Shown here one piece after another: positions 49,201 through 61,499 of a stretch of DNA of 64,000 bases (the stretch's first letter is position 1; every line of letters begins with the position of its first letter). Origin of the DNA: Azolla caroliniana (taxonomy: Eukaryota; Plantae; Polypodiophyta); the NCBI GenBank assembly GCA_043228905.1, contig JBHGNT010000016.1:14198001-14262000 (forward strand). The letters run 5' to 3'. The notes beneath the pieces are model-generated. The model searched no databases, was not told where the DNA came from, and saw nothing but the letters and a program-made list of their open reading frames with translations. A program made the translations under genes and the position numbers.

Positions 49201-49459
49201 CATGTGTGAAATGTATTATGGTGTGGTGGTTTGGTTGACTAGAGTTGGTGGCGTGGGAGGTGTCGCATTTTAGCTCAAAGTATAGGAAGCTATGGTCTGC
49301 ACCAATGGGGCGTTGGGCCACCCGGAAGGAGTTAACCACGTGGGTAGCTTCAGGGTGTCCTATTAGGTAATCAACTGTGCTTTCCCCTCCTCCATGTGGG
49401 GAACATGTGAGCTCTTCTGAGCCCGGCCACTTGGCTAAGAAATTATATATGATCATCTA
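45940..49459. repeat. Direct duplication of about 1.15 kb (45940-47102 and 48325-49459): partial Copia LTR plus LINE fragment
   Basis: Near-identical 226-aa ORFs at 46419-47099 and 48776-49456, with matching LTR sequence. Confidence 0.92.
47103..48660 (+). mobile_element. Copia 3' portion: RNase H, PPT and LTR (48215-48660)
   Basis: [15 protein letters not shown]...HIEVHYH...ADTFTKPL; TTGAGGGGGAC followed by TGTTG...TTTACA. Confidence 0.88.
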
Positions 49460-51300
49460 GCGTTGACGTGGCATGTGCGGTACGGGTGTTTGGTTCGAGA
49501 TTTTTTTTCCGTTTGGGTGTTCTGCGGTCAATATAGAGAAGTTCTATACGTTGGAGGGACATTGTTGATCGAAAGACGTTGGTGCTCATGTTTACGTTCG
49601 TGTGGGTGTAATGCGCGATTAGGGAGATGCACTTGTTCCTAAACACTTACGACGAGAAATTAGAGAGAGACCACGAGAATAATTTGAACAAGTATTTAGA
49701 AGCGATGAATACAAGCACGAGGGCGAAGATCGCACTGTTGTAGTAGGCGGGAGGCAGCGACGCCTAGAGCTCTTTCCTCGTCATCGGCCTTGAATTAGCG
49801 ACGTTGTTGACGTTCGTCCTCTCCAAGTTCGATCAGATGATTGCCAAAGCTTGTGGCGTCCGCACCTTGATCCTTTGATGTATGTGTTATGCCTAGGGCT
49901 AGGGGGTCGACATTCACCATTTCTGGGTTTCTATCCATCTGAAATATTGCGGATTGTCAGGATTGGGTTCTCGCATTGAAATCTCCTACAAGGAAGACTT
50001 CCCCTTGAGAAGAATATCGGATTATATCATTCGATAAAGGTTTGTATGGAGAAGGCCCATGTGGCGTTCCTTCATCAACTATACTCGCCTCTCCAACCAT
50101 ATTATACCGGGATCATTTCGGGGGGGAAGTAACAAACGACGATAAATATCACTTGATCCTTGTTAGTGAGGACTTTCACCCACATAAAACGGGCTTCTGG
50201 TTCTGTCTTTAGTATTTCTATCCTATTATGTATCTCTCTTCGAAATAGTATCGCAACCCCTCCAGACCCTCTAGTAGTGTGTCGACGTGAGGTTTGTCTA
50301 AAGACAGATTCCCAACGAAAACCGTCAACTCGTGGCAGTCCTCTATTTGGACTCTAATGTGTTTCTACTAAAAAAAGTATATCAGATACCTTCAGAATTT
50401 CCTCTAGACGGCTAGGGTGTGTCCAAAGTGCATCATTACAGTTCCATAAGGTCATCCTAAGTTTATTGTTTGTCACATGGGCCACACGCCGTCAATTGGC
50501 AACGCGATCATTTATTATCACACGTTTGTCTCGGTAAAAAGCACGGTGCCCCTCTTTACGAGCTTGTATGACTCGTGGCATACAAGTTTTACGATGCTCA
50601 ATTTGCATCTTGGTCAAGTCTTCATCGAGGTAGATAGGGTCCCCACCCAATCCTCGAAGAATTGGTCTTTGTTTCAAAAAGGTGATTCTAGATTCTGAGT
50701 CCTTAAATTGAAGGACTAAAGCTCTTTTCCTAGTGGTGTCACATCCTACCCTCCAAGTTTTAGCGATTGGTAAGGCTTCGTACCCCAACATCTTCCCTAA
50801 TGTTTGTGCATCTTCATTGGGATATGCCCCTTCCTTGAGCCTAGTAACTCTTACGTTTAGACGTCGAGCTTGACGCATTTTTTCCTCCTCAAGGGTGGTG
50901 TTTACAATATTTTCATCCTTTAGTTCCTTTTTCATATTACGTTTTACTACATCAACACACCCAGTTTTTGCTAATTCCATATCGCTTTTAACCTCTTCCT
51001 TAACCTTTTTTGTCTCGTCCTTTCATTTAGGGAAGATAGTTCACCATCCTCCCTAGATGTCTCAAGGTCCTTAACTTGTTTTTGAAGTTTTGCGTTATCT
51101 ACTTTACGCTCCGCTATTTCAACAATAAGTTGTTCTTTTTCTTCATTATCTTTTTGTTTTTCGGCTTCAATCTCTTTCGCCCATTTTTCTATTTTAATTA
51201 ACAACGGCAACTCTGGCACAAATCAAACAATGGCCCATTTTTCTATTTTAATTAACATTTATACTCTCTCGTCTACTCAACCGACGACGCCGTCAGAGGT
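48661..51300 (-). mobile_element. Degenerate LINE (ORF1 remnants, endonuclease, RT start)
   Basis: ORF1-like IYLDEDLT (50492-50980), endonuclease STVDY...ADHS, RT YCCFVDFRKAFDKVPR near 48690-48750. Confidence 0.75.
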
Positions 51301-51568
51301 GTAGGTGATAGCGATGGTTAACAACAGCAACTATGGCACAAATCAAACGATGGCGGTGGCAAAAGACAATAGCGGCAAACGACGGCGGCAGATGACGATA
51401 GCGACAATGTCAGATTGCAACGGCGGCAGCGAGGGCGATCAACGACGATGGCGAGAGTCGTCGACGACGACGATAGACAACATCGGTGGCAGCAACGACG
51501 GTGACGACGGCAAACGGCAGAAAGAGTCGTTACAGCAGCGTGAGAGAGAGTCATTTAGTTACAGTAGC

Positions 51569-51637
<69 letters not shown>

Positions 51638-51659
51638 CAATGGAAAGATACCTTATGCA

Positions 51660-53060
51660 TCGGTAGTAGGAAGTATCTTGTACGTGATGGTGGCGACGCG
51701 ACCTGACCTTGCATATGCCATAGGGGTCGTCAACCGGTACATGTCAAACCAAGGATGGAAGCTTTGGGAGGCCATCAAGCACATCTTCGGGTACCTAAGA
51801 GGGACCGAAGATGCACAACTGACTTTCGGATTGGCAAACCTGACCGAAGTTGAAGGCTATATTGACTCTGACTATGCCTGAAATACGGAAAATCAGAAGT
51901 TGACATCAGGCTATGTTTTCACCTATGGCGGCACGCCATATCATGGAGGTTGAAGCTGCAAGAATGCACGGACCTATCTAATACAGAGGCCGAGTACATA
52001 GCAACATGAGAGGCAATGAAGGAAGCAATATGGTTGCACCGTCTGTCAGCCAACTTCTCAGCAACAAGTCGAATCAGCCACCCACCACTGACCATCTATT
52101 CTGACTCATAGAGCACAACACACCTCATTCGAAACCCAATCTATCACGCAAAGACGAAACACACATGAGGTGTGGTATCATGACAGCCGAGAGCTTGTAA
52201 CAGAGAACAAACTCAAAGTTTGAAAGATCAGGCCAGCTATATCACAACAATCCAATCACCCATTTGCTGCATTTTCTGCTGCAGCTTTCCTATCAAGTTG
52301 TGGATGCATTCATATGGTGGGGAATAAGAGATATGATTAATGAATTCCGGAAGAAGAAATTGAAACTTCGGCCGATCACATATCTAAGTGGATCTCAAAT
52401 ATCCATCTCAAAGCTACCCACTGGGTATATTTGGAGCCCTCACTTAGTACCAAAACCGAAAGGTCGAACATTTTTAATCATGAAAAGCATTTGCTATGAT
52501 TATTTATGCATACTTTTATTGATATTCACGTAATTTTGTTGCAAAAATCAGACTGGGGACCCCAAATTGATGTGGTGGGATTCTGTTTCTTGAACCTTTC
52601 CCAAGATTATAAACCGCCAGAATCACTTGTGACCTTTTTAGCTGCTGGACCTCCCCCAATTTATGTTGGATTTGGAAGTTTGGTATTGTTTTAACTCCCA
52701 GTTTGGAATGTTTACCTATTATTTGTATGGTTTGGTGCATTCTTTGTACGAAACCCTATAAAGCTCTCATTTGGCAATCCTTTTCTTGTACAGCCTGTCG
52801 AAAATCCTGAAGGCATGACAGAGATTATTGTTCAAGCTTTATCAGAAACCTCTCAGAGGGGAATTATTGACAAATGACCATCCATTACATACCCATGAAC
52901 ATTTATAAGGCATGCATTTCTTACCCCATTGTTAAAGAGTCTCTTGCATGAAGATTCTCATCAAAGACCATGACCAACGTGAACATTGTCGATTGCTTAA
53001 CGAAGCCACTCCCAAAACAATGCTTTGGAGCACTAAGGAAAAAGATGGGACTAATACAAG
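51660..53060 (+). mobile_element. Copia RT/RNase H remnant interrupted by a host gene fragment
   Basis: YVMVATRPDLAYAIGVVNRY...GYIDSDYA. The RNase H tail DCLTKPL resumes at about 52980. Confidence 0.75.
52285..52875 (+). pseudogene. Sterol 3-beta-glucosyltransferase (UGT80-family) internal fragment, three exons (52285-52462, 52552-52682, 52794-52875)
   Basis: LSYQVVDAFIWWGIRDMINEFRKKKLKLRPITYL...YIWSPHLVPKPK|DWGPQIDVVGFCFL...PIYVGFGSL|PVENPEGMTEIIVQAL with GT-AG introns. Confidence 0.88.
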
Positions 53061-53629
53061 CGACCAAGTCGAAGAGTGCGGAGCAAGGAGCAGAAGGTAA
53101 GTCGACCCAACCGATTCAGACTAACCAATCCAAATGAGTAGCCAAATCAAGCTAGATACCGATTCTACCTCTGCCCACTTGGCTATACGCTGATTGACTT
53201 GTAATTATAACTTTAGATTTTTATTGTAATCTAGGTTTACAGGGGAGATAACCCCATACAATTATATGTAGAAAGAGTAGTCTTTTACAAGGGAGTTTAT
53301 TGGCATAAAAGGCCGACTCCTTGCACTTTGTATCTAAGTGTGAACACGTCCAAATACTTAGTGCTTAGTATACAAGCTCTAACCTAACACTGTAACATTG
53401 ACCTCTTCTTGTATCATCTTTGAGAGTGTAAGAGTTACAGAATAACGAGAGCTTCCATTAGAGCTTGAATTGTGTCTACGTTTCCAACATTTCTTCTATC
53501 ATACTCTGTGTGTTGTTTGTTGTGCATATAACCGACAAGTCCGCACATACTTTTGCATACATATCGAACACCATATTTCCATCAATGGATCGGTTGGTAT
53601 CCACATCAGCCGACATGTCCGAATCAATA

Positions 53630-54680
53630 TAACCTTATGTCGAGAAGCAAGTTTAACATGGGTCGAATCGGCTGAACAAGCTGAGAGCCGGATCGGATTG
53701 GTGGACCAAATCGGAGAGCAGGATCGAAGAACTGGTAGGCTGTTAGAGGCCTACGATCCTAGCTTAGTACATAGGCATATTTTTGGGAGTTAGTGTCTGT
53801 TGCTCAATTATGAGCATTGAAGTACATGTCAGTACTTCTATCAATCCTTTTAAGGACTTGTATAAAAGTGCTCTCTGAGCACATTTGCATGTACAAAGTA
53901 TTATTTTGAATATGAGTTTTCTCTGTTCTGCTCTCTCAATCTCCCCCACGTACTCACTCACTCTCTCAACATTGTTTCTCTGTGTTTATTGTTCTTTGTT
54001 GCTCTCCGGCTGAGCCGGTAGTGTTTGTGTAGCTTCCACAGACTATTCTTTTCATGGTATTAGACTGCGAGGGTTGAGAATCCTCTGCTACCGACCAACA
54101 CTCAAACACAGACAAACCTTAACGCCCGGTTGAGAACAGAAAAGAAGAAGAAAATGGACAAAGGAATGACAAGCTCATTTCTGACGGAGAAGCTCAATCG
54201 GAGCAACTATGCATATTGGTCTTGCAAGATGCACTAGTCTCTTCTTGGACACGGATATTGTAGCTATGCGGAAGGAGTGAACGAAGTAGCGCCAGATTCG
54301 GCATACAATGATTTCCCGGCTTGGGAACAAGGAGCGAGCAACGTTCTCTACTGTCTTGCGTCTTGTGTGCAATACCAAATGCTAGGCTACATTCGGGATG
54401 AGAAGACGGTGAAGGAGGCCTGGGAAAATCTAAAAATGATTTTTGCCACAAGTACCACGGCCCGAAAGTTGGCGCTCGAACAAAAGCTCAACAATATTCG
54501 ACAAAGGGATATGTTGGTGATCAACTACACCACGAAGATCAAGGAGATATGCAATGCCCTAGAATCCATCAACATGACTGTGGAAGAGGATGAAATGGTG
54601 TTGATCTACCTCGATGGTCTAGCGCAAAGGTATGGGCCGATCCGGACCACTATTTGCACACGTCATTGGACACATTAGGG
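53630..54680 (+). mobile_element. Copia 5' LTR, PBS and truncated gag
   Basis: LTR similar to the other Copia LTRs in the window, TGGTATTAGA at about 54055, gag-like ORF 54277-54678. Confidence 0.7.
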
Positions 54681-55695
54681 ACTACGTCGAGACTCAATCC
54701 TCATGGTGATGAACTCTTGAAGCAAGCGCTCTAGTATTAGGTTACTGTGCATAATCTGTTTCTCTAGTTTATCTGTATTATTTGTTGGACACTAACGTAC
54801 AGGTCATCAACATCTCCAACTGCTGCACCAACATTATATATATACCAACAACGAAAGTATGAAGAATATCTCAAATAATGTAAAATATTTGAAGAAGATG
54901 ATACCATAAGTGGCACCATAGAGGTGCTCTCATGGTGACACTCTAGAGGAGTTGGAGAGTGTGGTATCGTTGGCCCTTCATGAGACCCGTTAGGATGCGA
55001 GTTTTTTTTGTGAGGCCAAACTCTACGTTACTAGAAGACATCATGAATTTGTGGTAGACGACATCCTTAAGGAGGTAGAAATTGTTGTTCTAGATGCTAC
55101 TTCATGTGTTCGCTCATGCTAGATGGAGGATGATCATGATCAAGGCAAAAGTATATTTCCAAGATCTATCATTTTTACTCATCCTTGAATGCTAATTTGG
55201 AGGGTTGTGGTATCAAAAAATCTTCAATAACCCCAAGTCTCCTTTTCTGGACTCTACTTGGATATTGTGTGTTATGTTTCTTGTATTTACGCATTGTCTA
55301 AAAAATGCCTTTACATTGAATGAAATGGATAGCTTAGACATTACAATCATTCTCTCATGAAATATATTTAGACCTTAAACAAGCACCCATGTATTCCAAG
55401 ATGGTTGAGGATATGTTATGAATGACTAAGTTTTTTTTTCCAAAAATGAATGACCGAGTTAGAATATGGTGCAATGCTAGAATGCAAATCGAAGGCTTTG
55501 AAGAAAGTTGTTTTCTCATGCACAAACAAATTTTTTCCACCCAAGCACATGCCTTGAAAACACATTTTCTTCAACAAACATTTTACAAAGGTAAAAGGAA
55601 AATACCAAACTTCATTGCATATATGACTTTTGATACATACATGATTCGAAAATAACTTTGAAAGTTTTTTATTTCTTCACCAATACTCATATCTT

Positions 55696-57120
55696 TTATT
55701 TGCTAGTAAATTCAGTGATATGCGATTCAAGATATGTTGCTAATATGTGTGCCTCCTCTTTCATATACTCTTGGAAGCTATCCCCAAAATTCTCATCATA
55801 TTCTAGTATCCATTTAATGATGCTTGTATTTGGTTCAGTTCCAGCTAGAACTCGAATGTCGTAAGTCATGTTGGGGTTTGTATGATTTCCCAAATATCCT
55901 CCTTCCATGACAGTACCTTTGAGTTCCATTTTATCATGGTCCACGTAGTCCCATACACCCTTTATATAGTCAAAATGAGGGAATGCTGGGGAAAACCATA
56001 GCATCATAGAGTGCAGAGTTAAAAATATCTCGTATAAAAGAACACATTATTCTAGTGCAATACATAACATCTTGCGTTAAATGATTACTTCCATTTGATC
56101 AAATATCGATGTACAAGAAATTTTACAAAACAAATGGTTTAACAAGTCTAAGCCATATAGTTTAACTAGTTGAATATACTAAAAGCACTTATTAACAATT
56201 TCCCAGAAAATTAAGCATTAACATGATTGGAACAGAAGAAATAATTCGTTTATTTTGGCATGTGCAAGGTTCACTTAAATGGGGTTTGTCTGCTTTCTAA
56301 ACAATGGCCTATTTTTTGTTTAGGCCAACAACAAGACGAAGAAATAACCACATGAGGGGAAATTAGGATATGATAGACTTCTAATCATCCTATTGGTATA
56401 TAAAGAATGTTTATAGAGTCTATTGAAATCCAGATACACCAACTGAGTGTATGGACATCCATTTACACCACTAAGTCAAACAATCTTGTGTTGGAAAAAG
56501 ATTTAACGAGTCACTACTCCAACTCTCACATCACTTTGTATTCGCAACTAGCACATTAGAGCATTAAGGTTTGTGAGATACGACCTATGTATATGGGCTA
56601 TGAAAACATGACCTATTTAAAGGATAGATGGTTTAATAAATTAATTAAATTTGGAAAAATATCAAATAGAATGGAAATGAATCATCAAAACATGAAATCT
56701 CTTGGCATTTTTATCATTTTTAGACTATTTAGAAACATTTTACGTATTGAGATAAATGTTTTTAATACTTCACAAAATAGATCTTCCATCATGGACTGAG
56801 TGGTTACAACTTACACATACACAACCACACTTAATGACATAATATTCCCTTGTACAAGAGATCATATCAGTTTGTAATTTGTAATATAAATAGATGTAAA
56901 TACATACACACATACACAAAGATGAGGGAGTCTTACTCTTAGTGTTATAGTTGATTTGGAGCACGCCACCTGCAGCAAGAGGGGGGCCATCCAAATACTC
57001 GCAAGAGGTGTAGTGTTGTGGAACGACTTTAGGAAGAGTGTCTTGAAAGTTCTTTATAAATAGCCTCCAAACCTCTTTTGGTGAATGCCCGACTAACGCC
57101 TCTACCTCAAATTGTTTCAT
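55696..57120 (-). CDS. Bet v 1/MLP (PR-10, START-fold) family protein, 157 aa; exons 57120-56937 and 55985-55696
   Basis: LPKVVPQHYTSCEYLDG...GGVLQINY, then a phase-1 GT-AG intron, then DYVDHDKMELKGTVMEGGYLG...IKWILEYD. Length and single intron are typical; a TA-rich box lies about 50 bp upstream. Confidence 0.88.
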
Positions 57121-57287
57121 GTTGTCCCTCCTTTTGTCTCTATTGTGAATACTGAATCAACTCAATGAGTATATATATACTTCAGAAGAATTTAAAAGTA
57201 TATGAGCACATGGTAATACATTAAAAAAGAAAACATTCAAGAATTTCATGTGATCTATGTTGTCTACTACACGTGGAAGAAAGAACT

Positions 57288-58958
57288 CATATCGTGCTTT
57301 ATATAGCTTAGACATCTACACAACTAGACTCAATAATTTTCAATTCCACAAGAAATCATGTTACTTTATCACTTGAAAGACATTATGACATGTATACTCT
57401 AAACTTTAAAACTCTTTGTCCTCTTTTCTTTCAATTTGACTGAACATCTTCGAAGACCAAAATTGACTCATGAGAAAAATGACACAAAAATGCGATTCGT
57501 ATTGTATTATTGAAAAAAAAAACAATAAAAATCTACAACAAAACAAGTGACTTTGAAGCCCATATTCGACGGTGTTTGATTGCTCTTTAGTTTTCTACTA
57601 TAGAGATAGATAGACAAATATTTTTTGTGTCAATAGAGATGCCAATATTGACCCATGAGACCTACGTTCAGAAGTTTTCTTCATGTGTATCTCCTTTTTA
57701 AGAAGAGATATTCATACGCTAAAGCACCAAGTCTCAATGTGGGAATAAGGCATGCACATGAGCTCAACCTCTTGTATTTTACATCCAACATTTCCAACAA
57801 GATGTGGTAATCTATGATTTAGGATATTCTTGACTTTTCTAATGTATCTATATACTCTTTGTAGTGCCAATATGTCTTGCGTATTCTTGACATATGTTTT
57901 GACTACCTAAACTTTGATCTCATACGCATGCCTTATTCCCACATATGAATTGCTCTTCTTATGAATAACAATTGGCAACGGTTTGGTTTGAACCAAACTG
58001 AACCGCAAAAGCACGGCTTAACGAACTAACGATTTAAACGGTTCAGTTCGGTTCTATTTTCAACGGTTTGATACCACAGTTTTAACAGTTTAATGGTTTT
58101 AAATTTATTTAATTTATATTCAATGATTCAGTATGAATCGAATATTGTATCATTGATCTCATTAGACAATTTTGGTCTTAGAAGATGTTCATATATCCTT
58201 CTTTCTTCTTTCTCTGTCTTTCTTAAAAGACGATATATCTTTATTTCCTTATGTGTGTGTGTGCCTATTAGTTTAAAAGTATAAAAATGGCTTAACCAAT
58301 TTCAGTGGATTCAACGAGTTTCAATCCGAACCCAATCAAGCTCAAATCGGTTCAACAAACACAAGCACCGAAACACCAAAATGTTTAACAATGGTTTAAC
58401 GACTCAATTCCTCCTTGAGCCAAACACTTACCGACTTCTAATTCTTATTACTCTCAACTTCATACATCTTGAAAGGTTCATATGTTGTTTGCGTGTTACG
58501 GAGTTCACGTGTATGATCAAATCACAACAACAATTTCTTTAAAGCATTTTAAATAATTTAATGCATTAAAATATTACCCATTTATTATATAATAGATAGA
58601 TACGAATGAGACATGAGAGTAGATTAAACTTATCTTTCAAGTCAAATTGAAAGAAAAGAGGACAAAGAATTTACATGTATGATCAAGTCACAACGACAAT
58701 TTCTTTAAAGCATTTTAAATCATTTAATGCTTTGAAATATTACCCATGTGTTATTCTATAGATATGAATGAGACATGAGAGTAGATTAAACTTATCTTTC
58801 AAGTCAAATCGAAAGAAAAGAGGACAAAGAGTTTAAACTTTAGAGCATACATGTCATAATATCTTTCAAGTGATAAACTAACATAATTTCTTGTGGAACT
58901 AAATATGAATTTCATTGACTCTATTATGTAGATGTCCAACCTATATGAAGCACGATGA
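57288..58958. repeat. Long imperfect inverted repeat (about 57288-57441 and 58801-58958); MITE or foldback-like
   Basis: ctctttgtcctcttttctttcaatttgact is the reverse complement of agtcaaatcgaaagaaaagaggacaaagag, and homology continues for about 150 bp. Confidence 0.75.
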
Positions 58959-59959
58959 GAGTCTTTTCTCGTGAATGATTAAGAATATGATATATTGATA
59001 TCAAAACATGTTGGTAAATAATTTTAAAGTCATAAACTTGTTATGGGGCTACATGTTCATATGAATCAAAGGTTATGAAAGAGTAATGATAGAAAGAAGT
59101 GATATAGATCCATAACAACAAAGATCTATTGATAATGACTCAACCACATTACATGAATGGGGAAGAAAACATCACAAGAAGTAGACTAAAAACAAAACCC
59201 CCAACCTTACTCTCCTCCCCTTATTACAAAGGTATCACTTCTTCTATCTCCCCTTCTATACTCCCCTTCTCACTTCTTATAATCTTCTTCTTCTCTTTTT
59301 CACGCTTTTTTTAGAAGTTTTTTATCTCCTATTTTTAGCTATGACACAACGACCTTCTAATCGTCATATCTCCCTCATCCGAGCTCTACATTTAGAGATT
59401 TAAAAAGCTACGGATAACTCTCTTTACAAGATTTCCAACCTATATTTGAACATAATATTTGGCTTCCAAACAAATGAGTTATGAGCGTTCGTTTTAGACT
59501 GTGTTTTGGTGGCCCGTTTTTTTCTTCTTTTACTTTTCTCCACGTGTCTTGCTTTTAGTTTAACTTATCCTCAAGACCTTGGTTTGTGTTCTTGACCTCC
59601 GGATGTGAATGCTCCATACCTTATATTCTTGTAGTGTTCAATACCTTGAATTCTAAAAACACTTTCACATTTAGCCCTCCCCCTTGCTTCTTGGTGAACC
59701 ATTTATGGTGAACCCTAAGCTACTAATAAAACCAAAGATTCTTCTTTGCCTTATTCATGGCTATAAACAAAGAAGGAGAGAATAAATAAAAAAGAAACAA
59801 ATTATGTGAGTAAAACCCCTGCTAGTCGGTAGGAAAAACTTCACACTTCTAAACACACACACACACATTGACAATTGCCATCACCATCTTTCTCCTTGTC
59901 AACACAAAGAAAGAGACTACCACAATTATTATGTCTTCGTCCACTCTCTAAACACGAGT

Positions 59960-61490
59960 AGGGTCATGCAATACCTAGCTCTTGAGAGAAGTACATATGA
60001 ATAAACCTTTCAAGTGAGGGAACCTTTTGCACAAATAGCTTCAAAGCTTTGAGACTTGTTGGAATTGTCACCTTTTGAATTACTTTGATCTTTGACTCAT
60101 CCATATTAATTCCTTCTTGGCATACCACATTCTCCACACTACCTTGTTTTTTATAAATGACTATTTCATCAACAATCTCATCTTGGAAAGGAAGTGAAAA
60201 TTGATCTTTTTTTGGTTGAATCAATGAAGGGTTTGAAGTTGATGTCATTATGCTTTGGAACCATAACAATAGGTGACACACACTTCAAATCCTCCATATT
60301 ATAAATGAAACTATATCGTAACAAAGCTTTATGATCTTCTTTTTGCACAACCTCAAATTGTTGAAGCATTTGGGCAATTATTCAACTTAATATGGTGTTT
60401 GATACCATCTTCTCCTATTACCTGTGAATAGACATTTATGAGTAACTTTGGAAACTTAGAAAGAAGAGAAATAAACATTAGATACTCTTCTCCTTGGATA
60501 TCGTTTGAAATCATCTTCTCTTTTTCCTCCAAGGTGATAATACTTTTCTCTTCAATGACTTCTTCTTCCTTCGTAGACACCACATGGAATGCTTTGTTTT
60601 CCCTATCCCATGAAGATACATCAATTGTTATGCTTTCCTCTTCTTGCTTGCCATTGTTGATAGATGATTCTTTCTCCTTTATACATTTGACTAGTTGTTG
60701 TAGATACAAGTTGTAGAAGATGTTAAACCCCAAGTTCATGATACTCCAATCATGTATGACATGTAGTTCTTGCATCCAAGGTCTTACTAATATTAAGGAA
60801 TAAGATGGACCTTTAATGAGTATTACATGTAAATCCATGGAAATGGATATGCCAAAAAAATCAATAACCTTATCCTCTATAGCTCCCAAACAAGGAACCA
60901 AACTCTTGTCAACCATGTTGGAGGACTTTTGACAAATAGAATGTCCAATCTTACTCACCATGACATTGGATGAAGGACCAATTCTAATACCACTGTTTAC
61001 TAAGGCATACTTAATTAAAAGAGCTTTTATTGTTACTGAAATAACGGATCAAATATCCTTTCGTTCCTTCACTCATATAGCTCCCGCATAGTGCACTGTT
61101 TTGGTGCTTTGACGTATACTCGCTAGTCGTCCCAATTCCTTCTGTATCTTTTGAGAGAGTTGAAGAAGTTGCGGCCAAGTGATCCGGGGTCCATCAGTAA
61201 TCAACTCTTGCTAGAGGTCGAAAGGATCCACTCCTTTCCCCATAGGCATCTCCTCTATATTGATCTTTCTCCTTGAACAACATCTTTTTGAAGGATTCTC
61301 CATCTTAGACTCCATAAAATCCTTAGCTTTTTTCTTTATTTGAGGGTTACTTGACTCACCTTCCACCTCTTTGCGCTTGTGGGTTGCTCGAGTTCTCTTG
61401 ATTGGAACAAGATCACAATCATCGTTAGTATCATACATGTAAAAGAATACGTTCTGCGGAAGCGTGTGCGTAAATGCAGAGTACACAGTT
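59960..61490 (-). mobile_element. Highly degenerate Gypsy gag/protease/RT remnants
   Basis: YSLILVRPWM, VSPIVMVPK and EGINMDESKI fragments. Confidence 0.6.
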
Positions 61491-61499
61491 CAGAAATAA

